Counted from the whole stretch's first letter, positions 1 through 14,181 are shown. The stretch is DNA of 63,941 nt, filler included, from Reticulomyxa filosa (GCA_000512085.1; 15 parts of 15 records of this genome joined end to end with filler, not necessarily neighbours in it), one strand, 5' to 3'. Translations and numbers: made by a program. The notes: a model not told the origin generated them from the sequence alone.

Positions 1-189
1 GCCTCGGCCTTCACAAGCCTTGTTATCAGCGAGTGGTTTTCGGTTTTGCCCGAGGTTCAGCAGAAGTTACCCGACCATCGAAGTTCTACCAAACACAAAA
101 GACGGGTATTTGCCTCCAATTTCCCGAAAGCGTCAAACAATCTTAATGCTAAACAAGGATCGATCCCCAAAAAATGAATTGCAACAAAA

Positions 190-2040
190 AACATTGCCAA
201 AGGGTAACAAAATAGTTTACAGTCACTCCAGCCACAATCTCACAAAACCCAACTAATGTAAAAACCTTTATATCACTATAAAAAAAATTTTTACTAGAAT
301 TTTCTTTCTTTCTCGGTCCGGAACTTTCTTGAGCTAGAAATACTTGACACTTCCAACCACAATCTCTTTCAAAATACAACTTTTTAAGAAAAGTTAATAT
401 TAATGATGAAGTGGGTAAATATTAATTTTTTTTTTCAAGGATTCTACACATTGATACTCTTTGAATTCTTTCTAATCTTCGTTTGCGGCAATCAGCAGCA
501 CCATTCCAAAATGCACAAGCATATTCCAATGATGGCCTGATAATTGTTGTATAATAAATTATATACGCTCAAACTTGGCCTAATACCGTTGTATAAACAC
601 AGGAATGTCAAATATCCAACTTTCCTTGATGCTTTTCCCAAACACTTGACATGATCTCCCTCTTTAATTCAAATTCATCTTTGTTATCCATACAAACATT
701 CCACATTGGATTGGATGTTGGAGTGCTTGTGTGTCATTAATGTATAATAGGGATAACAAAGGAAACAAAAAATATCAAGCCCCTTCATAATCCTTGGCAA
801 ACAGCCAGCGCACTAGGGAATGGGCACAATGTCCAAAATACATCTTCATGGCATGGCGATCACTTCAAAAAAAAAAAGCGGGGGCTTTGGCCTCCGGTTT
901 CCAAGCGCGAGGCGACTTACAGATGCGTTTTATCGTGTCCAAGGTCCCACAAACCCCAAAGAAGCACACAAATGTTATTTTGTGTTGTCCAACCCCTTGG
1001 GATTCATCGAATGCGACTTACAGAGTGCAAAGTTGACACTGGAAGTATGAAATAAATTTTGCGTAAGGAAATTTTTTTTTTCCAATGAAATTACTGTTTA
1101 ATTGGGTTAATTTTGTTAGAAATTTTATATTATCGTCGCAGAATGAAGAGAGGGACCCTCATATTCTTACACAACGCGACCGTTCCACTGAGCATGCCAT
1201 TATATCTTTGTACAAGGGAGGTTTAAAATAAATTTTTGACGGTTTGACTTCTTTTTATCTTTTTTCAAATTAAAATTTTTTTTGTAATTTTATTTTGTTG
1301 TTAGTTAAAGAGTTTTCTCTGATTTTATAGTTACAAATTGTGTGTTTTGTGTGAACATTTTAATTGTTTTGGATTTTGAAATTATATTTGATTAGATGAT
1401 GTTGGGCAATTAACAATCACAACTTGCAATTGACCCGATAATGCATTCTTTTCAAATTTTCTAAGTAAAATTCAATTTTTTATTTTATTTTTACCACTTT
1501 ACTGCAAAATTGTAATGTTTGAAAGTGTGAGACTTTCCTTGTAGAAGTACTGTGTTAAGTCTTTGACGAGGTGCTCCTTTTAACTTGGAAAGGAACCTTT
1601 ACCTTGGCTTTTAGCCACCATCTAAAAAAAAAAGGAAACAAAGATGATCCTTGTGGTACTCCTATGTTCCATTTAATACCACTTTTAATCCAAATTTGCG
1701 TCTCATTTTGTATTTCAATACATCTCTCCAAACACTATCATATGCAGACGATATGCCCAATAACACTGCATATGTCACACCATTGTGATCGAAGGAAGAA
1801 TAGATTGATTCTTTCAATCGCAATAATAACTCCAATGCGTTATGCCATGACTGGAATCCTGCTTAAATGTAATTGGTCTATAGTCCTTGCAGATGCTGTG
1901 ATCTCTATTGGTTTTGGTATTGGAACAATGTTTGCAACTCTAAAGCTCCAACCAAATAATAATACAAGTGAATCAATCAACTCTTTACATTTGATTATGG
2001 ATGTTATCTGGGCCTTGTGCCTTCTTCTGCAACATCTAGC
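190..2040 (-). mobile_element. Decayed non-LTR retrotransposon (LINE) ORF2/reverse transcriptase relic, frameshifted and interrupted
   Basis: Minus-strand translation gives LINE RT motifs in canonical order: KAQGPDNIHNQM (2023-1988), ANIVPIPKP (1935-1909), KDYRPI (1888-1871), ISSAYDSVWRD (1754-1722) and GVPQGSSL (1662-1639). The thumb region GKASRKVGYL...TIIRPSLEYACAFWNG...RLERIQR follows at about 640-436. A possible degenerate CCHC knuckle (GFCE...TVNYF) lies at about 250-210. Many indels and stops. Confidence 0.9.
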
Positions 2041-2246
2041 AGTATCTAAAAGAAGTTCGAAGTTAATCTTCGATTATTAACAACGAAAAAAAAAATCCTA
2101 TATCAGATCATCGTGACGATCTGACACGTTCTAAGTGAAAATTCGTTGGAACATGTGCGAAACTTCAAGATACTTCAGTATCTCAAAAAGATCAAACTCG
2201 ATATCGAGATATCAAGATCAAGATCTCTTAAGATGACAACTGAGCC

Positions 2247-2346
2247 NNNNNNNNNNNNNNNNNNNNNNNNNNNNNNNNNNNNNNNNNNNNTTAATTAATT
2301 AANNNNNNNNNNNNNNNNNNNNNNNNNNNNNNNNNNNNNNNNNNNN
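2247..2346. other. Artificial contig linker N44-TTAATTAATTAA-N44 (first of 14)
   Basis: Identical 100-nt spacer with stops in all six frames. Other copies: 16154-16253, 17481-17580, 19635-19734, 20845-20944, 22513-22612, 27900-27999, 30069-30168, 35436-35535, 37062-37161, 52270-52369, 54923-55022, 58234-58333, 62304-62403. Confidence 0.98.
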
Positions 2347-2789
2347 AAAGAGAATACAGGCAGTCAAAAAAGCCAAAGGAGATTTAACACATTGGTAAGC
2401 TTGAATTAAATTTTAAAAAACAATCTAAATGAAAGAATAAAATTTTTGAAAAAATTGTAAAGACTTAATAAAAAACCAAAATGATATTTAAAAACTACAC
2501 AATTCGTATATATTTCAAAAAAAAATTTTGATTAAATGTTCCGACAATTTTTTAGCTGACATTTGTCCCAATTGCGACTTAATTCACTGTACTGCAAACA
2601 TTTTATCATGAAATCACAATAGTATCTTCATCATCACACCAAATACTAATCTTTGTGTTATACAAATTATTATTTAATCTAAATCAACGTATAAATAATC
2701 TTGCACTAACTGAATGTCAATGAATGCAACAAAATCTTTTAAAATGATTTTAATTCCGTCATATCATATGTCGTAGTAATGTATGTCTT

Positions 2790-3095
2790 ATAATCACAAA
2801 TCCAATGTCTGTTCGACACATTGTAATTCTTTATTGATGTTTGCTACACCATTCCAAAATGCATATTTATGTGTTTATAAACTTAGTCTGACACCTTGTA
2901 TAAACATAATTACATTAAGTTGCAAAGAAAACTGAACGCCTAAAACGATATCATTGATGATAATTGATTTTCTCCATAAAAAAATTAGATCTAAATGTTG
3001 ATTTTCATTGATAAAATCAATTAACCTACTTTATGTCAAATATACAAGTTTCATTGCTTCTTGCCATATACGTAATTGATATTCTTGCAATCATA
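2790..3095 (-). mobile_element. Second, more decayed LINE RT relic with a nested Tc1-like TIR fragment
   Basis: ccattccaaaatgca at about 2849 is identical to 501-515 of the first LINE (AFWNG). Minus-strand INYVYGK at about 3080-3060 resembles the 'HINYIYGKA'-type RT end. A TIR copy starts at 2913 (TA|CATTAAGTTGCAAAGAAAACTGAACGCCTAAAAC). Confidence 0.6.
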
Positions 3096-4883
3096 TATTA
3101 ATCAATAAACAATATAATATAAATCACATAATCTCATTTATTCATATTTGATTTCATCTTCGTAATTTTATCTTATTTTGATGTCTGAAACTTAAGTTAA
3201 ACATGTCTTGCCTTAAGATTGTTCTACACATTTGAGAAGTTTTCAATTTCGATTCAAATACCCTGTTTTTTATGTTTGGCATATCTACGATAATATTATA
3301 TCATGACTAATCTTATTTCGAGAAATATCAACTTGCGAAAGATAATGCGAAATCGATTAGACATTTGTCCATTCTTCATATATTGTCTCGTTGAATTATA
3401 TTGTTGCTTTTGCTTTATTCTCTTCGTTTCAAATGTTCTTTGTCGTTTGAATCATTTTGTTGTTTTGACATTTGTTATACATACTGATACTCCACATTGA
3501 TCTAGTATTGTTGCATTTGCTACTTAGCATATCTACTTTCTTTGTTTATCATCTTGCGTTGCAGCCTAGACGTCTTTGTGTCTGGTCATCAGTTAATTTC
3601 TTTCTTGTTCTTGTCTCATTGTTTGTCACGCATATTTGAGTTTGCGCTTATTATCGACTCCTAACACGTCGGTCTAGTCTATGTCATTGTTGTTCTTATT
3701 CGTGTCATCTTTGTCGACTGCAATATTTTCCATGTTATCTCGATTACTATTTCTTCTTCAGCATCTTCTTCAGCATCTTCTTCATCATTTTCCAGCTTGG
3801 TTTCCATTATCTTTGTTGTCTGGATCTTTCATTTGCTGTGTTCAAATCATTTGTTTTTCTTTTTCGTTGGAGGACTAGTTTCCTTTTTCGTTTTTATTTT
3901 CATCTTTGTCGTTGTCATCGTCACCGAATTGCTGGTTTTCTTTTCGATGTCCAATTCAATGACGTCTCGCAATCTGTGTTGTCTCTTGTGCCTAAAAGTT
4001 TCATCACTTGTTAGCTCATATAATGCTGTTTGCTTGAAGCAAACAAAAAAAAGTCCAATGATAATTGAAGCACTTATACCCATTCCATTTATGCACAATT
4101 AGTAATCAAACAAAAAAACATTTAACTAAACATCTCCACTTCATGGTCAAGTCATCTATTTTTTCTCTTCTGGTCTTGGATCTCTTCTTCAATATCTTTG
4201 ATATCAATTTTGTCATTTGAATACACGATGTTGAAGATCGTTTTCATTGTTATAATACTTCATCGTCTTCTTTGCTATCTTTTTCCCTTTGCGTTTTTTC
4301 TTCAACTTGCTGCTGTTTAGTCCAAATCCGACAGGTCATCCACAATTTCCAACTTCCCCTTTGTTGATGTTTTTGTCTGTTCTTTGAGGAGCAAATCTCG
4401 CCACGCTATTTTTATGTATAATCTATTTTATCATTCATTAAAATTGATCCATTCTTTTTTTTGGTCAAATAAATTTTTGCAACCTCCTTTTTTTCTTCAG
4501 TGAAAACGTGATATGTGACCCATAAACATTCACGAAAGATATCAATATATACACTAATCAATTGAAATCATAGAAAAATGAGAATGCTTAAAATTTCAAA
4601 AAATGTTGAAAAATGTGCAAATATTTGTAAGTTCATATTAAGATGTTTGGAGTATATTGTGGAATTGATCCTTTTGTTTATTGTTAAAAGGTATCCAAAT
4701 AAGATTTTTTTTTGCAACAAACAAAGGGGTTAAATGTAGAAGTGATCTTGTCGATTTTTGTGGACAAGCACATTTTCCATTGACCCAATCGAAACAAAGG
4801 CAAAAAAGAAAAAAAATCGAATTTTGTACATCGGTGATGTTGGAGTGTCCAAGAATCATCCTTTTTTTTTTGGAAATTGCGAA

Positions 4884-6540
4884 TTAATTTGATTTGGCTG
4901 TTCCTGAACTGTTTGCACTTTTGGTAATAAGTGGTTCATGAATTCTTTTTCCTCTTCGAAGCCAGACATAGTACACCATAAAGTAGGCAGTTGAACGAGC
5001 AAATCCACAGGCCTTCCATAACACATCAAAAAAGATGCCCGGAGACACAGCATAACCGCCTGTGCAAAATATCATTCATCAAAGTATGACAAAGGTATAC
5101 ATTTCCCCCTCCCCTTTGCTCCTGATATATAATCTATTGATTTTCTGTACACAATTGTTTGGTCAACTCTTTCTCAAGTACAGTTTATCTTAACTGGTGG
5201 CAACCACAGCAATAAGAATAGGTACATTGGTGCACAAATCAAGTATGAACAGATGCAAAGCGACTTTGGTGGCATGTTTTTCCGCTCCCCAACCCTCAAT
5301 GATCATCATGGGAAGCATCCATCCTGACAGTTGCACTACAAATACGGACCAATAGGTACTGCACAATCCACTTTTAAAACATGCACCTAAGAGAGCAGAT
5401 GTGTTTTTCAATTGTGTTTCACAATCTTTGAACAAACAAGAACATGCAAAAAAAAACAAATAAAACTGTGAGTTGAATTGTGTTTGTCTGCATAAGCTCT
5501 ATGCAAAATAAGGACCATTATGACCGTCAAGACAATATCGACCCATTCTTCCCAAAACACAGTCCAAGCCATTTCCGGATTTTCCTTGATTAAACGATTG
5601 TAATAAAACAGCGAGCACCACACAAGCGCAATGAAATGGCAAAAAGCTCTGAAGTATTCATCCAAAGCAGTGTCTCGATTCAAAACCACATAAGCTAAAC
5701 CAAATATATCTGCCAAGATGCATATCACTAAAAATATCGCTGAATACCGTCCATTTCCAGTGTATCCTTTTGGCTTCTCTTTAGTGCCACCACTTGGGTA
5801 ATAGTCACCATAAAGCGATGCACCTTCCGCAAAAATGGCGACTAGTTTTTTTTTTTTACTTCTCATATACTGCGAAAACTTTATTTCTTACAGTTTAGCG
5901 TTTTCATATTCACCGTTACCATATTCATCAAAATTGGAAAAAAAAAAAAATTTTTTTTGACTTAACCTAAGCCAACGCAATCTATTTTTTTGTGTTTATT
6001 TTTTTAATTTTTTATTATTTGTTGAAATACTTTTTTTTAATTCTGAAAAAAAAGGGGACATTTTTCTTTTTTACATAATCCAAAGCCTGGTGTTGCAAAA
6101 TTCATTCGAATCAAAGTTGGTATCCACATAACTATACTCCAATACACCGAAATGAATGTCAACCATGCAAGTGCAACCCGCTTTTCATCTCCAAAGTAAG
6201 ACACGCTTAAATGAATCAAGATACTGGACGACGCTGGGGTCTCTGTTGTGTGTACGTATTTTTTAGGGGAGAAGGGGGGGGAGAAGAACTTGCCCGGTGT
6301 TGATAAACTAATGTGGCTTAATTACATACTCTCGCCGCTTGTTTGTTCGTGTACTGGTTCGGGAGTTGCTGATGTCGAAGCTGTTGTTGCTGGAGCTTCC
6401 GTTGTTGTTGTGGCCACTACTGTGGTGGAAGCTGCCGTTGCTGCAGATTCGGAAGTTGTAGGTTCCGAGGCTGCTGTTACACCAGCGTCAACTTTGACTT
6501 CCACACCTAGTTGAACAGATGCTTGCACTTCTGCAGACAT
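4884..6540 (-). CDS. Multi-exon polytopic membrane protein of unknown family with a Thr/Ala/Ser-rich N-terminus
   Basis: Successive minus-strand hydrophobic ORFs (6540-6322, 6219-6037, 5866-5408, 5459-5190, 5075-4884) are separated by AT-rich intron-like gaps. The exact exon structure is not resolved and this could be more than one gene. Confidence 0.55.
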
Positions 6541-6850
6541 GATAAAAGATTTTTTTCTCTAATAAAAAAAGGAATATCACTTCGAGAAAATTCACTTTTG
6601 AAACAGAAAGTAAGAGAGGTATTGGTTTGTTTGTAAAGGCACTTTACTGCAACAGTTTAACACTTATGGCAGAAGAGCAAAAGTGGAAGTAATCATGAAA
6701 TTATCACTTTGGAGAATCGTTAATATTAGTTGGGTTAATCAAGTACTTGTCAAAGTAATTTTGTAAAGGATCTGAGTGTGACGTCATAACATTAAATCAA
6801 CGCAAAAATATATTCGTTACTTAAAAAAAGTTTCTATCTGCTATAGGGGT

Positions 6851-9800
6851 ATGAGTGATCAGAGGCCTTGTGCTTGCCGATTAGGTAGAGAAAATTTCTG
6901 TAATATCTGCTTGTTTGTTATTTTGCAAAGTGTTGTCACAATGAATAAATTATAGCGAAAGCGCAAGCATTCAAAACGGAAAATGTAAGTCGAGCCATTA
7001 TTGGAAAATCGGGTGAAGTATATGCAACTGGCGGTGACAGTGGGACTGTCAGCGTCTTCAAGTTGGGTGAAAGCTCCGCAATAGCAGTTAAACTTTTTTT
7101 TTGAATGATCAAAAAAATTATACATATTATAAATTTTTTTGTTTGCACTCAAACAAGTCTTTTGAATTCGGTCGGTCTATTTCATGTTTGTGCTTCAACA
7201 AAATTGGCACGGAACAATTGCTGTCAGCAGCCAACATTGGAGGTGGCATTAGACTACATGACGTAGCATCAAACAAAGGTTTGGAAGGCACTCGATTTTT
7301 ATTTTTTTTTGGATTAATGTAAACATTTGAGCTATCATATTGAAAAGACAAAAGGAAACAAACATGTGCAACATAAACATGGATGATAACAGTAATTCGA
7401 ACGTATATCGGACATCGCAGTGAAGTAACGAACTTGGAAATGCGCCCGCACGGGGACTACTTGGTGTCATGCAGTTCCGACCGTAATGTCAAACTATGGG
7501 ACAATCGTGACAAGTCGTGTATAATGACATTCAAGTCACACCAATCTACGGTCAATTGCGTTACATTTTCACCCGACGCAAAGTGGATTGCCAGTGGGGA
7601 TAGCAACGGAGTCACCAAGATATGGGACATTTCAAGTGGCAAGCCGATCCATGAATTTCATGACCAGCACAGCATTGGAGTCATCTTGTATCATCCCAAA
7701 GAACTACTACTGGCCACCGGTACCAGCGGAAAGGTGGTACGATTTTGGGATTTGAATACATGGGAGCACGTGTGTCGCACTAGTCGAGTCACTCATCCCA
7801 TTTCTCATTTGGTGTTTCCGGATTTCACACATATCACCACAGGCTCATCCATTGACACAACACTTGCAAGATCACGTGCCAAAGCCGCAACAAAGATTGC
7901 TACTCATCATAACACGCCTTACAGGGAGTTGGAGGGTGTAGAAATGGGCTCCGCTTTACGTAGTCAATGTTGCATCGTAGGAACGAAAGATTCACTGCGA
8001 GTATGGCAATGGGAACCCATCCCGGTGCAATGTCTGGACAACGTTGAAGTTCATTGGAATAACTTGTCCAGTATGGTCCAAGTTCATGGACACAATGATT
8101 TAATCGGCATAGAAACTGCACAAAATTGCGTAGTGCTCTGGCATGTCGATATGGGAGTTTTGTAATTGTCAATGTTATACATACGTATATATGCATGTAA
8201 AAAAAGAGCAGCTGCATTGACGAAATTTATAAAATAGAGTGTCAATTTCGGAGATGAATGGAACAACCAAATGAAGAAATTTTTAGGGAAAAAGAAAAAA
8301 AACACAGTTGCTGATTGCGAAGAAGAAGCATGTCTAAAACAAATATCAAATGTACCCACCACGAAAGCTCAAGAAATCAGCAGCTCGCCTTCTGTAAAAA
8401 AGTCTGTTCATGACTCGGAAGAAGATTATAGTGACGAAGACTTCATTCCAGAAGAAAACGACATTTGCACAGGTTCATCTCATTTAACAGTGAAAATAAC
8501 AACAAAAAAGGGTTTTTGCTTTGGGAGCTTTTGAATTCGCAATCATATTAAAAAAATCGATACTGGTCATAGATGTCACGTCTCCATTGACATCCCCGGG
8601 ACAATCCCAACAGAGACATGATAAGGTCATTGACAACATCACTATTCCAACATGGCTCAAAAATTTACCCAAAGACTGTTGGACTCAATCATTTGCAGAA
8701 GCCGCTCAAAGTGTGTATCAAAAACGAAAAAGTCAACAAATGACATCTACGACACTTGGAGCAGATACGAATCAAGGAGATTGCGTTTTCATTGTCGAAG
8801 ATGAGATCGGCAAATCGGACGACAACAAATCTGAACAAAATATCGAGCACAATGAAAAAATTGGAGGTCATTATATTTCCAACAAAGAGAACTCTTCTTT
8901 TCCAGATCCAGCTCTGTCACCAGTGTCTTATAAACATCGAATGGGAGCATCAAACCACAATGACACTTTTAAAAAGTTCAGTGTTCACAATTTTCAAATC
9001 TGATATAAAAACAAATAAACAAACAAAAAAAAAAAAACAACAAAAATGGACAAAACAATAATCACAAAAGAGAGAGATGTTTCGTTACGCTTGCGTCGCC
9101 TCCAACAGCGCCAACTTCAAAAAAACAAGGGAACAAAAGGCCCAAGAAAGCGGAAGTGCAAGATAAAGTATCTTCCTCATTCACGGTAGTGGATCTTGAA
9201 ATTCCAGAAAATGAAAGATGTAATGCAAATAATTCAAACTTAGAAACACCCAAGTTACTAGAAACAAAGATAATATCTTTGAGGTCCTTAAACAACTCTG
9301 CAATTTTTAAAAATTTTTTTTGCTCAGAATTTTAAAAATTTGAAGGAAAAAAAAAATTTGAATGCAAAGGAGCGAAGCTAGTAGTAATGGCTCCACAAAT
9401 ACCAATACACCTACTCCAAGAAACAGCCTAAAATTACGACAATTTTTACCAGTATGTTCTATTTTTGTTTTTTTTTTAAGTTGTTTCGAGCAAAAAAACA
9501 TTGATTGATACGTAAACCACACATTGGAAACTTAGACACAATTGAGTGATTTCGATCATCGTGAATTGGCAAAAATCAAAAGAAACATGATGACAGCTCA
9601 CACTACTACACTCAAAATATTATCCACACGACTCCGGCACTTGAGAACTTTAAGTTGCTGACTTTTAGTATTTTATCTGCATTTAATGTTTTTTTTTACT
9701 TTCAAAATTTAACAAAACATAAAATAAAAATAGAGTCTTTGTGGAAACGGAAACAACTTAACCGTTTTCTTGAACATTTGGATTCTGCGCAAGATGATAC

Positions 9801-10339
9801 TTCGATCATTGCACATATTTTAGCGTGCATTATCCAAGATTTTGCCATTAAAAAATTTTCTTTGAAATTTTGTTATTCGTTGCTTCCCTTAATTCAACAG
9901 CATTTGCTGACGTCAGAAAAAACATTGTATGTTCTTGTCAGTGTACTATTTAACGCAAAAACAAAACTAGTACAACATATACAGAAATATTCAGCTGGCA
10001 TTGCAATTTATGAACGAGGCATTGACACATTTTGGCACATTTATACAAGAAATGAACGAATTGAGCCTAACAGCTATCAACGGTATTGATATCAATGCTG
10101 AAGAAAAGTTCGGTTTGGCGTAATCCTTTAATTGTTGTAAAACTTTAGTTTACGTTGCACACAAGCTTGTCTTTACAAAAAAAAGGAAGCAGTTGTGCAA
10201 AGATGTTCACAAATTTTTTGGAGAAGTCAAGCCTATAATCTCTTTGCATAATGCAAATCAGAGTGTCAAGATCCAGCAGCTGTCTGCACAATGTTTGGAG
10301 CAGATCCAAAAACTCGAATCCAAGACAGACACCAAATAA
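6851..10339 (+). CDS. KATNB1: Katanin p80 WD40 subunit B1 (multi-exon)
   Basis: Exon 1 (6851-6884) splices in frame to 6956, giving IIGKSGEVYATGGD. Then IRTYIGHRSEVTNLEMRPHGDYLVSCSSDRNVKLWD...CIMTFKSHQSTVNCVTFSPDAKWIASG matches the katanin p80 WD repeats. C-terminal exons HTTTLKILSTRLRHLRTL, CYSLLPLIQQHLL, GIDINAEEK and QLCKDV fit the con80 domain. Stop TAA at 10337-10339. Confidence 0.85.
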
Positions 10340-10773
10340 TTGTCGTTTGAGAATGATCTACTTGCTTTTTTTATTTACAAGTGCAATGAAAATAAGTCAC
10401 CAACTTTCAATTAAGTTTAAAGATAAATACGGTTTTTAGTCCGTAAATTTGTTATTGTGAGATTTCGTTTGTTAGGATTTAATTGAGTACTGCCTTGTAC
10501 ATTGTAATAAAGTCAGCGTGCAAGTTGTGCATTACAAAATCCGTATCTGTTCACTTTTAAATTTTTTAAACATGAAGCACTTACATTGTCCTATCAAAAT
10601 AAGAAAATTTTATCAAATATTTGTCTATAAGTCAATACTTTGTTCACTGTGCGATTTGTAAAAAAATGTTTACTGCAACCACTTTTTTTTTTAGAGAAAG
10701 TGCTTTTTATCATGCATACTCACAAAACTTAAAAATAGCGTTCGACTTTTTTACAAACAAATCACAAAAAGAG

Positions 10774-11784
10774 TTATTTTACACAACGATATACACTATC
10801 ATAATAAGAGTCTGCAAAACGAAAGGACAATAAAATTGCAGAAGCATTTACGGCATAATCCACGATAGCTGAAAGCCCCAAAAACTGTTGCAAATTTGGG
10901 ATTGATACAGCAACATAAAGAGCACTTGCAGAAATTAAACACGATACGTACAATACAAACAATTTTTTCACAAGCTTTTGTACTTGTGCTTGCATCTCAA
11001 CACTTACGGTGTTTGCCTTGAGCTATTGATTCAACAAAAAAAACTATCATTAAACAAAAAAAACTACTTTCATGTACACATATCATTGCCCTTGTTGGAT
11101 CAAAAAAAAAAAGTGTAGATATGTGTCTTCTGTTATGATAACTTTGAAAATAAACAAACAAAATAAGCCAATGCTACACGTCGAATCCGCGATGACCACT
11201 ATAACCGAAACGAGCGAACCCGCTTCCACTTTTTTGCACCTATCGAGCCCAGTTCCAACATACACAACATAAGCAGCGCAGGTGATGAACAAAATAGTGT
11301 AGATCGACAATCGAACAATCTTCGAAATACGCCACGGAGTATCTTCAAACACGACGATTAATCTTGTCGCATACGTCATATACATGGACATACGCGCAAT
11401 AATCGAAAAAAACAACGAATGCCAAACATACGAACAAACGGTGCCAATCTCCAAAAATGCATACAAACATAATTCCGTGATACTACTTATTGTGAATACC
11501 ATGGAGGCTGCTATTGTCAGTGTTACCACAAACTTGATCCTCAAGTCAATATTTCGAGAATTTTCAACTGGCTGCATCTCCTCTTTGTCGGTTATGTCAG
11601 TATCATTGCTACTACTTTTGTTAGTTTTAGTCAACTCCACTTCCACTGGCATTCTTTGCCAAAAGTAGCGCCAAACCAATGCTAATAGCAAAACTTCATA
11701 TATAAGGATTAATCCTGCAATCACGATGGCCCCTACAAATGTTTCAACACTCGTGAAACCTGCCTGATTTGGTCTTAGTGCCAT
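10774..11784 (-). CDS. Seven-transmembrane (GPCR-like) protein, paralogue A; exons 11784-11143 and 11022-10774
   Basis: Seven hydrophobic segments after splicing a phase-0 GT-AG intron. Clear paralogue of 12435-13410 (AGFTSVE, TYATRL, VEMQ, AIVD-x-x-VN-x-SAILLSFRFA). Confidence 0.8.
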
Positions 11785-12434
11785 TCTTGGCTTGGTTTCT
11801 GTCTTTTCTTCGTTCCTCGAAAAATACGCACACGTTGAGTTTAGACAGCTAAAAACTAACTAGTTTGTCACCTCCAAAATAAAAAATTGCCAGGAAAATA
11901 TCCAAGATTCTGATGGGCAACTTTGTTAAATTTTGGCGAATGTTCTCAAGACTTAAAAGAACGCTTGGTTCAACTTTCACAGTCAAAGCAATAAGAAAAT
12001 CTCTTGTATTCTTACAATTCCGACAATAACACAAGCGTTCAAGTTAAATGAACGGAATAAAGTTAGTTTAGGGTAAGGTCTTAGTAAGTGTAAGGGAAGT
12101 TTGGCCTGAACTTAGAAACGCTCTTTTCACTTTCTGTTGTTTGTTTTTAAAAAATTTCTTTGTTTTTGTTGTATTTTCCCAAAGGAATAATCATTCTTAA
12201 CTCTTCCTCACAGTAGTTTTCTCGCATCAGGCCCTGTTGTATTTTGATTCAAAACGTTGCTTTGATATTATTGTTCATCTTATAGATTTTTGTACATATT
12301 TTTTCAAAATTGTAAAAACAAAGATAATTCTAAGGCAAAATGTTGACTTTCTCTTCAAGGAGCCTTTAAAATTTTGAAGATTCACACAAAAAAGCTTAAA
12401 GACAAGCGCTCAAGTTTAAAAGGCAAGTGCTAGA

Positions 12435-13410
12435 ATGAATGTTCATAAAGCAGGTTTTACAAGCGTCGAGGCTTTTGTAGGGACACTATTAGCTGCGGTG
12501 GCGGTGCTAACGTACGAAATTTGGTTGTTAAGTTTGGTTCGACACTATTTTTGGCAATGTATCCCGCCACCAGTAAAGTTAAAAAAAATTACCATAAGTG
12601 GAGAAAAAGACAACGGCGTAAGTGATATAAAAGAAGAAGAAGAGATGTGGCCAAGCGAAATACCTCAAAACATTGATATAAGAGTCAAAGTTTTGGTTAC
12701 ATTAACCTTATTGTCGTCCACAATGCTTTCCATAAGTGGTATCGTTGAAGTATGTTTGTATACGTTCACGGACATTGGAACGATTTGTCCGTATGACTGG
12801 CACTCGTTCATATTTTCCAGTACAGCACGTGTGTCCATGTATACGACGTATGCAACGCGACTAGTCGTGGCGTTTGAGAATTCCGTGTATCAGGTCTCAA
12901 AGCTAGCACTATTATTAATTTTCCTCTTACTGTTTAGCACTTGGGCCAGTTTTTTGTCGTATATCCTCACTGGATGGTTACATTGTAAATCAGATTCTTC
13001 GGCCTCACCTATTTCGTTAATGATAATTTTTATGGACGCATTTTGTAATATCGGGTTATTTAGCTTATTTATTTACAAAGTTATAAAATGTTATGATTCT
13101 ATCCCTGTTTTTGCGTAGTTGTTATTACCTGTTAACATACAAAAAAAATTGATAGCTAAATCTACATAACTTGAGCGTTGAGATGCAAAAAGAAGTGCGA
13201 AGGCTTGTAAAAAAATTATTTACGTTACATCTGTTCTGCTTTATCACCGCGACTACCCTATATTTAATGATGTCAATCCCAGGACTTGGACAGTTCATGG
13301 GAATTGCTGCGATTGTAGACCATGGTGTAAACTGTTCGGCAATTTTATTATCCTTTCGTTTCGCTGAATCGTATTATAATTTTGCTTGTCCTTGTGTAAA
13401 TAACAATTAG
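12435..13410 (+). CDS. Seven-transmembrane (GPCR-like) protein, paralogue B; exons 12435-13079 and 13156-13410
   Basis: Same architecture and same intron position (FIYK|L) as paralogue A. Divergently transcribed from it. Confidence 0.8.
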
Positions 13411-14181
13411 AGATGATTTTTTTTTTACTAGTTCTGTTTAAGAAATAGGTATACGTATGAAAAATGCAGACAATTTTTTGAATTTTTGATCGCTATATGC
13501 AATGGTCAAAAAAGATCAAAAATTGGTCGAGTTATAAGCAATGGTGCTGCTGTGTTTTATGCTGTCATGTAGCACATTTTGGCCTTTTGATTATTGTTCT
13601 TTCTTTTTTCTTTTGTTTGTATTTTAGGTTGTGAAAAAATATTAGCTTCTTTTCCCTTTTGTCGGTGTTGTATTATCTTGGATAGTTTTACAACACCGAA
13701 GTAGTTGGTATACATATATATTTTTTTTTTGTTGGCGTTTTTGCACCGCAGAAAAGACTTCGAATGAGCACTAATCATAAAATTTTAAGGCATCCCTTAT
13801 GACACAAATTTTTTGTATCAATCTCGAGTATCTGACGCTACAGAAATGTTGACGAGGAAAAAGTAACCTGTTCTCAGGCGTGAAAGAATAATTCTAAAAC
13901 TTAAATTAATATTTATAAAACATCCAATCTTGGCTACTGCTGTGTTTGTGAAAACACAGCTAAAGCAATTAGAAGTTCAACTAAGTTTTGCCCCTTTTCG
14001 TTGGAAAAGTGCCGTTATTATAATCTTGATCATTGCTTTTTTCTTTGCAAATGCTATGCAAATATGTATATAAACTTTGATGTTAATAAAATAAGGACTG
14101 TGAAGATTTAAATATTTGAGATTATACAAACAACATAAATTAATGGATGATCGAAAGAGTATTAAACAAAGCAAAGTACTA

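Noticed and set aside
1571-2080. 169-aa plus-strand ORF
   Set aside because: Antisense to the LINE RT motifs, with no independent coding signal.
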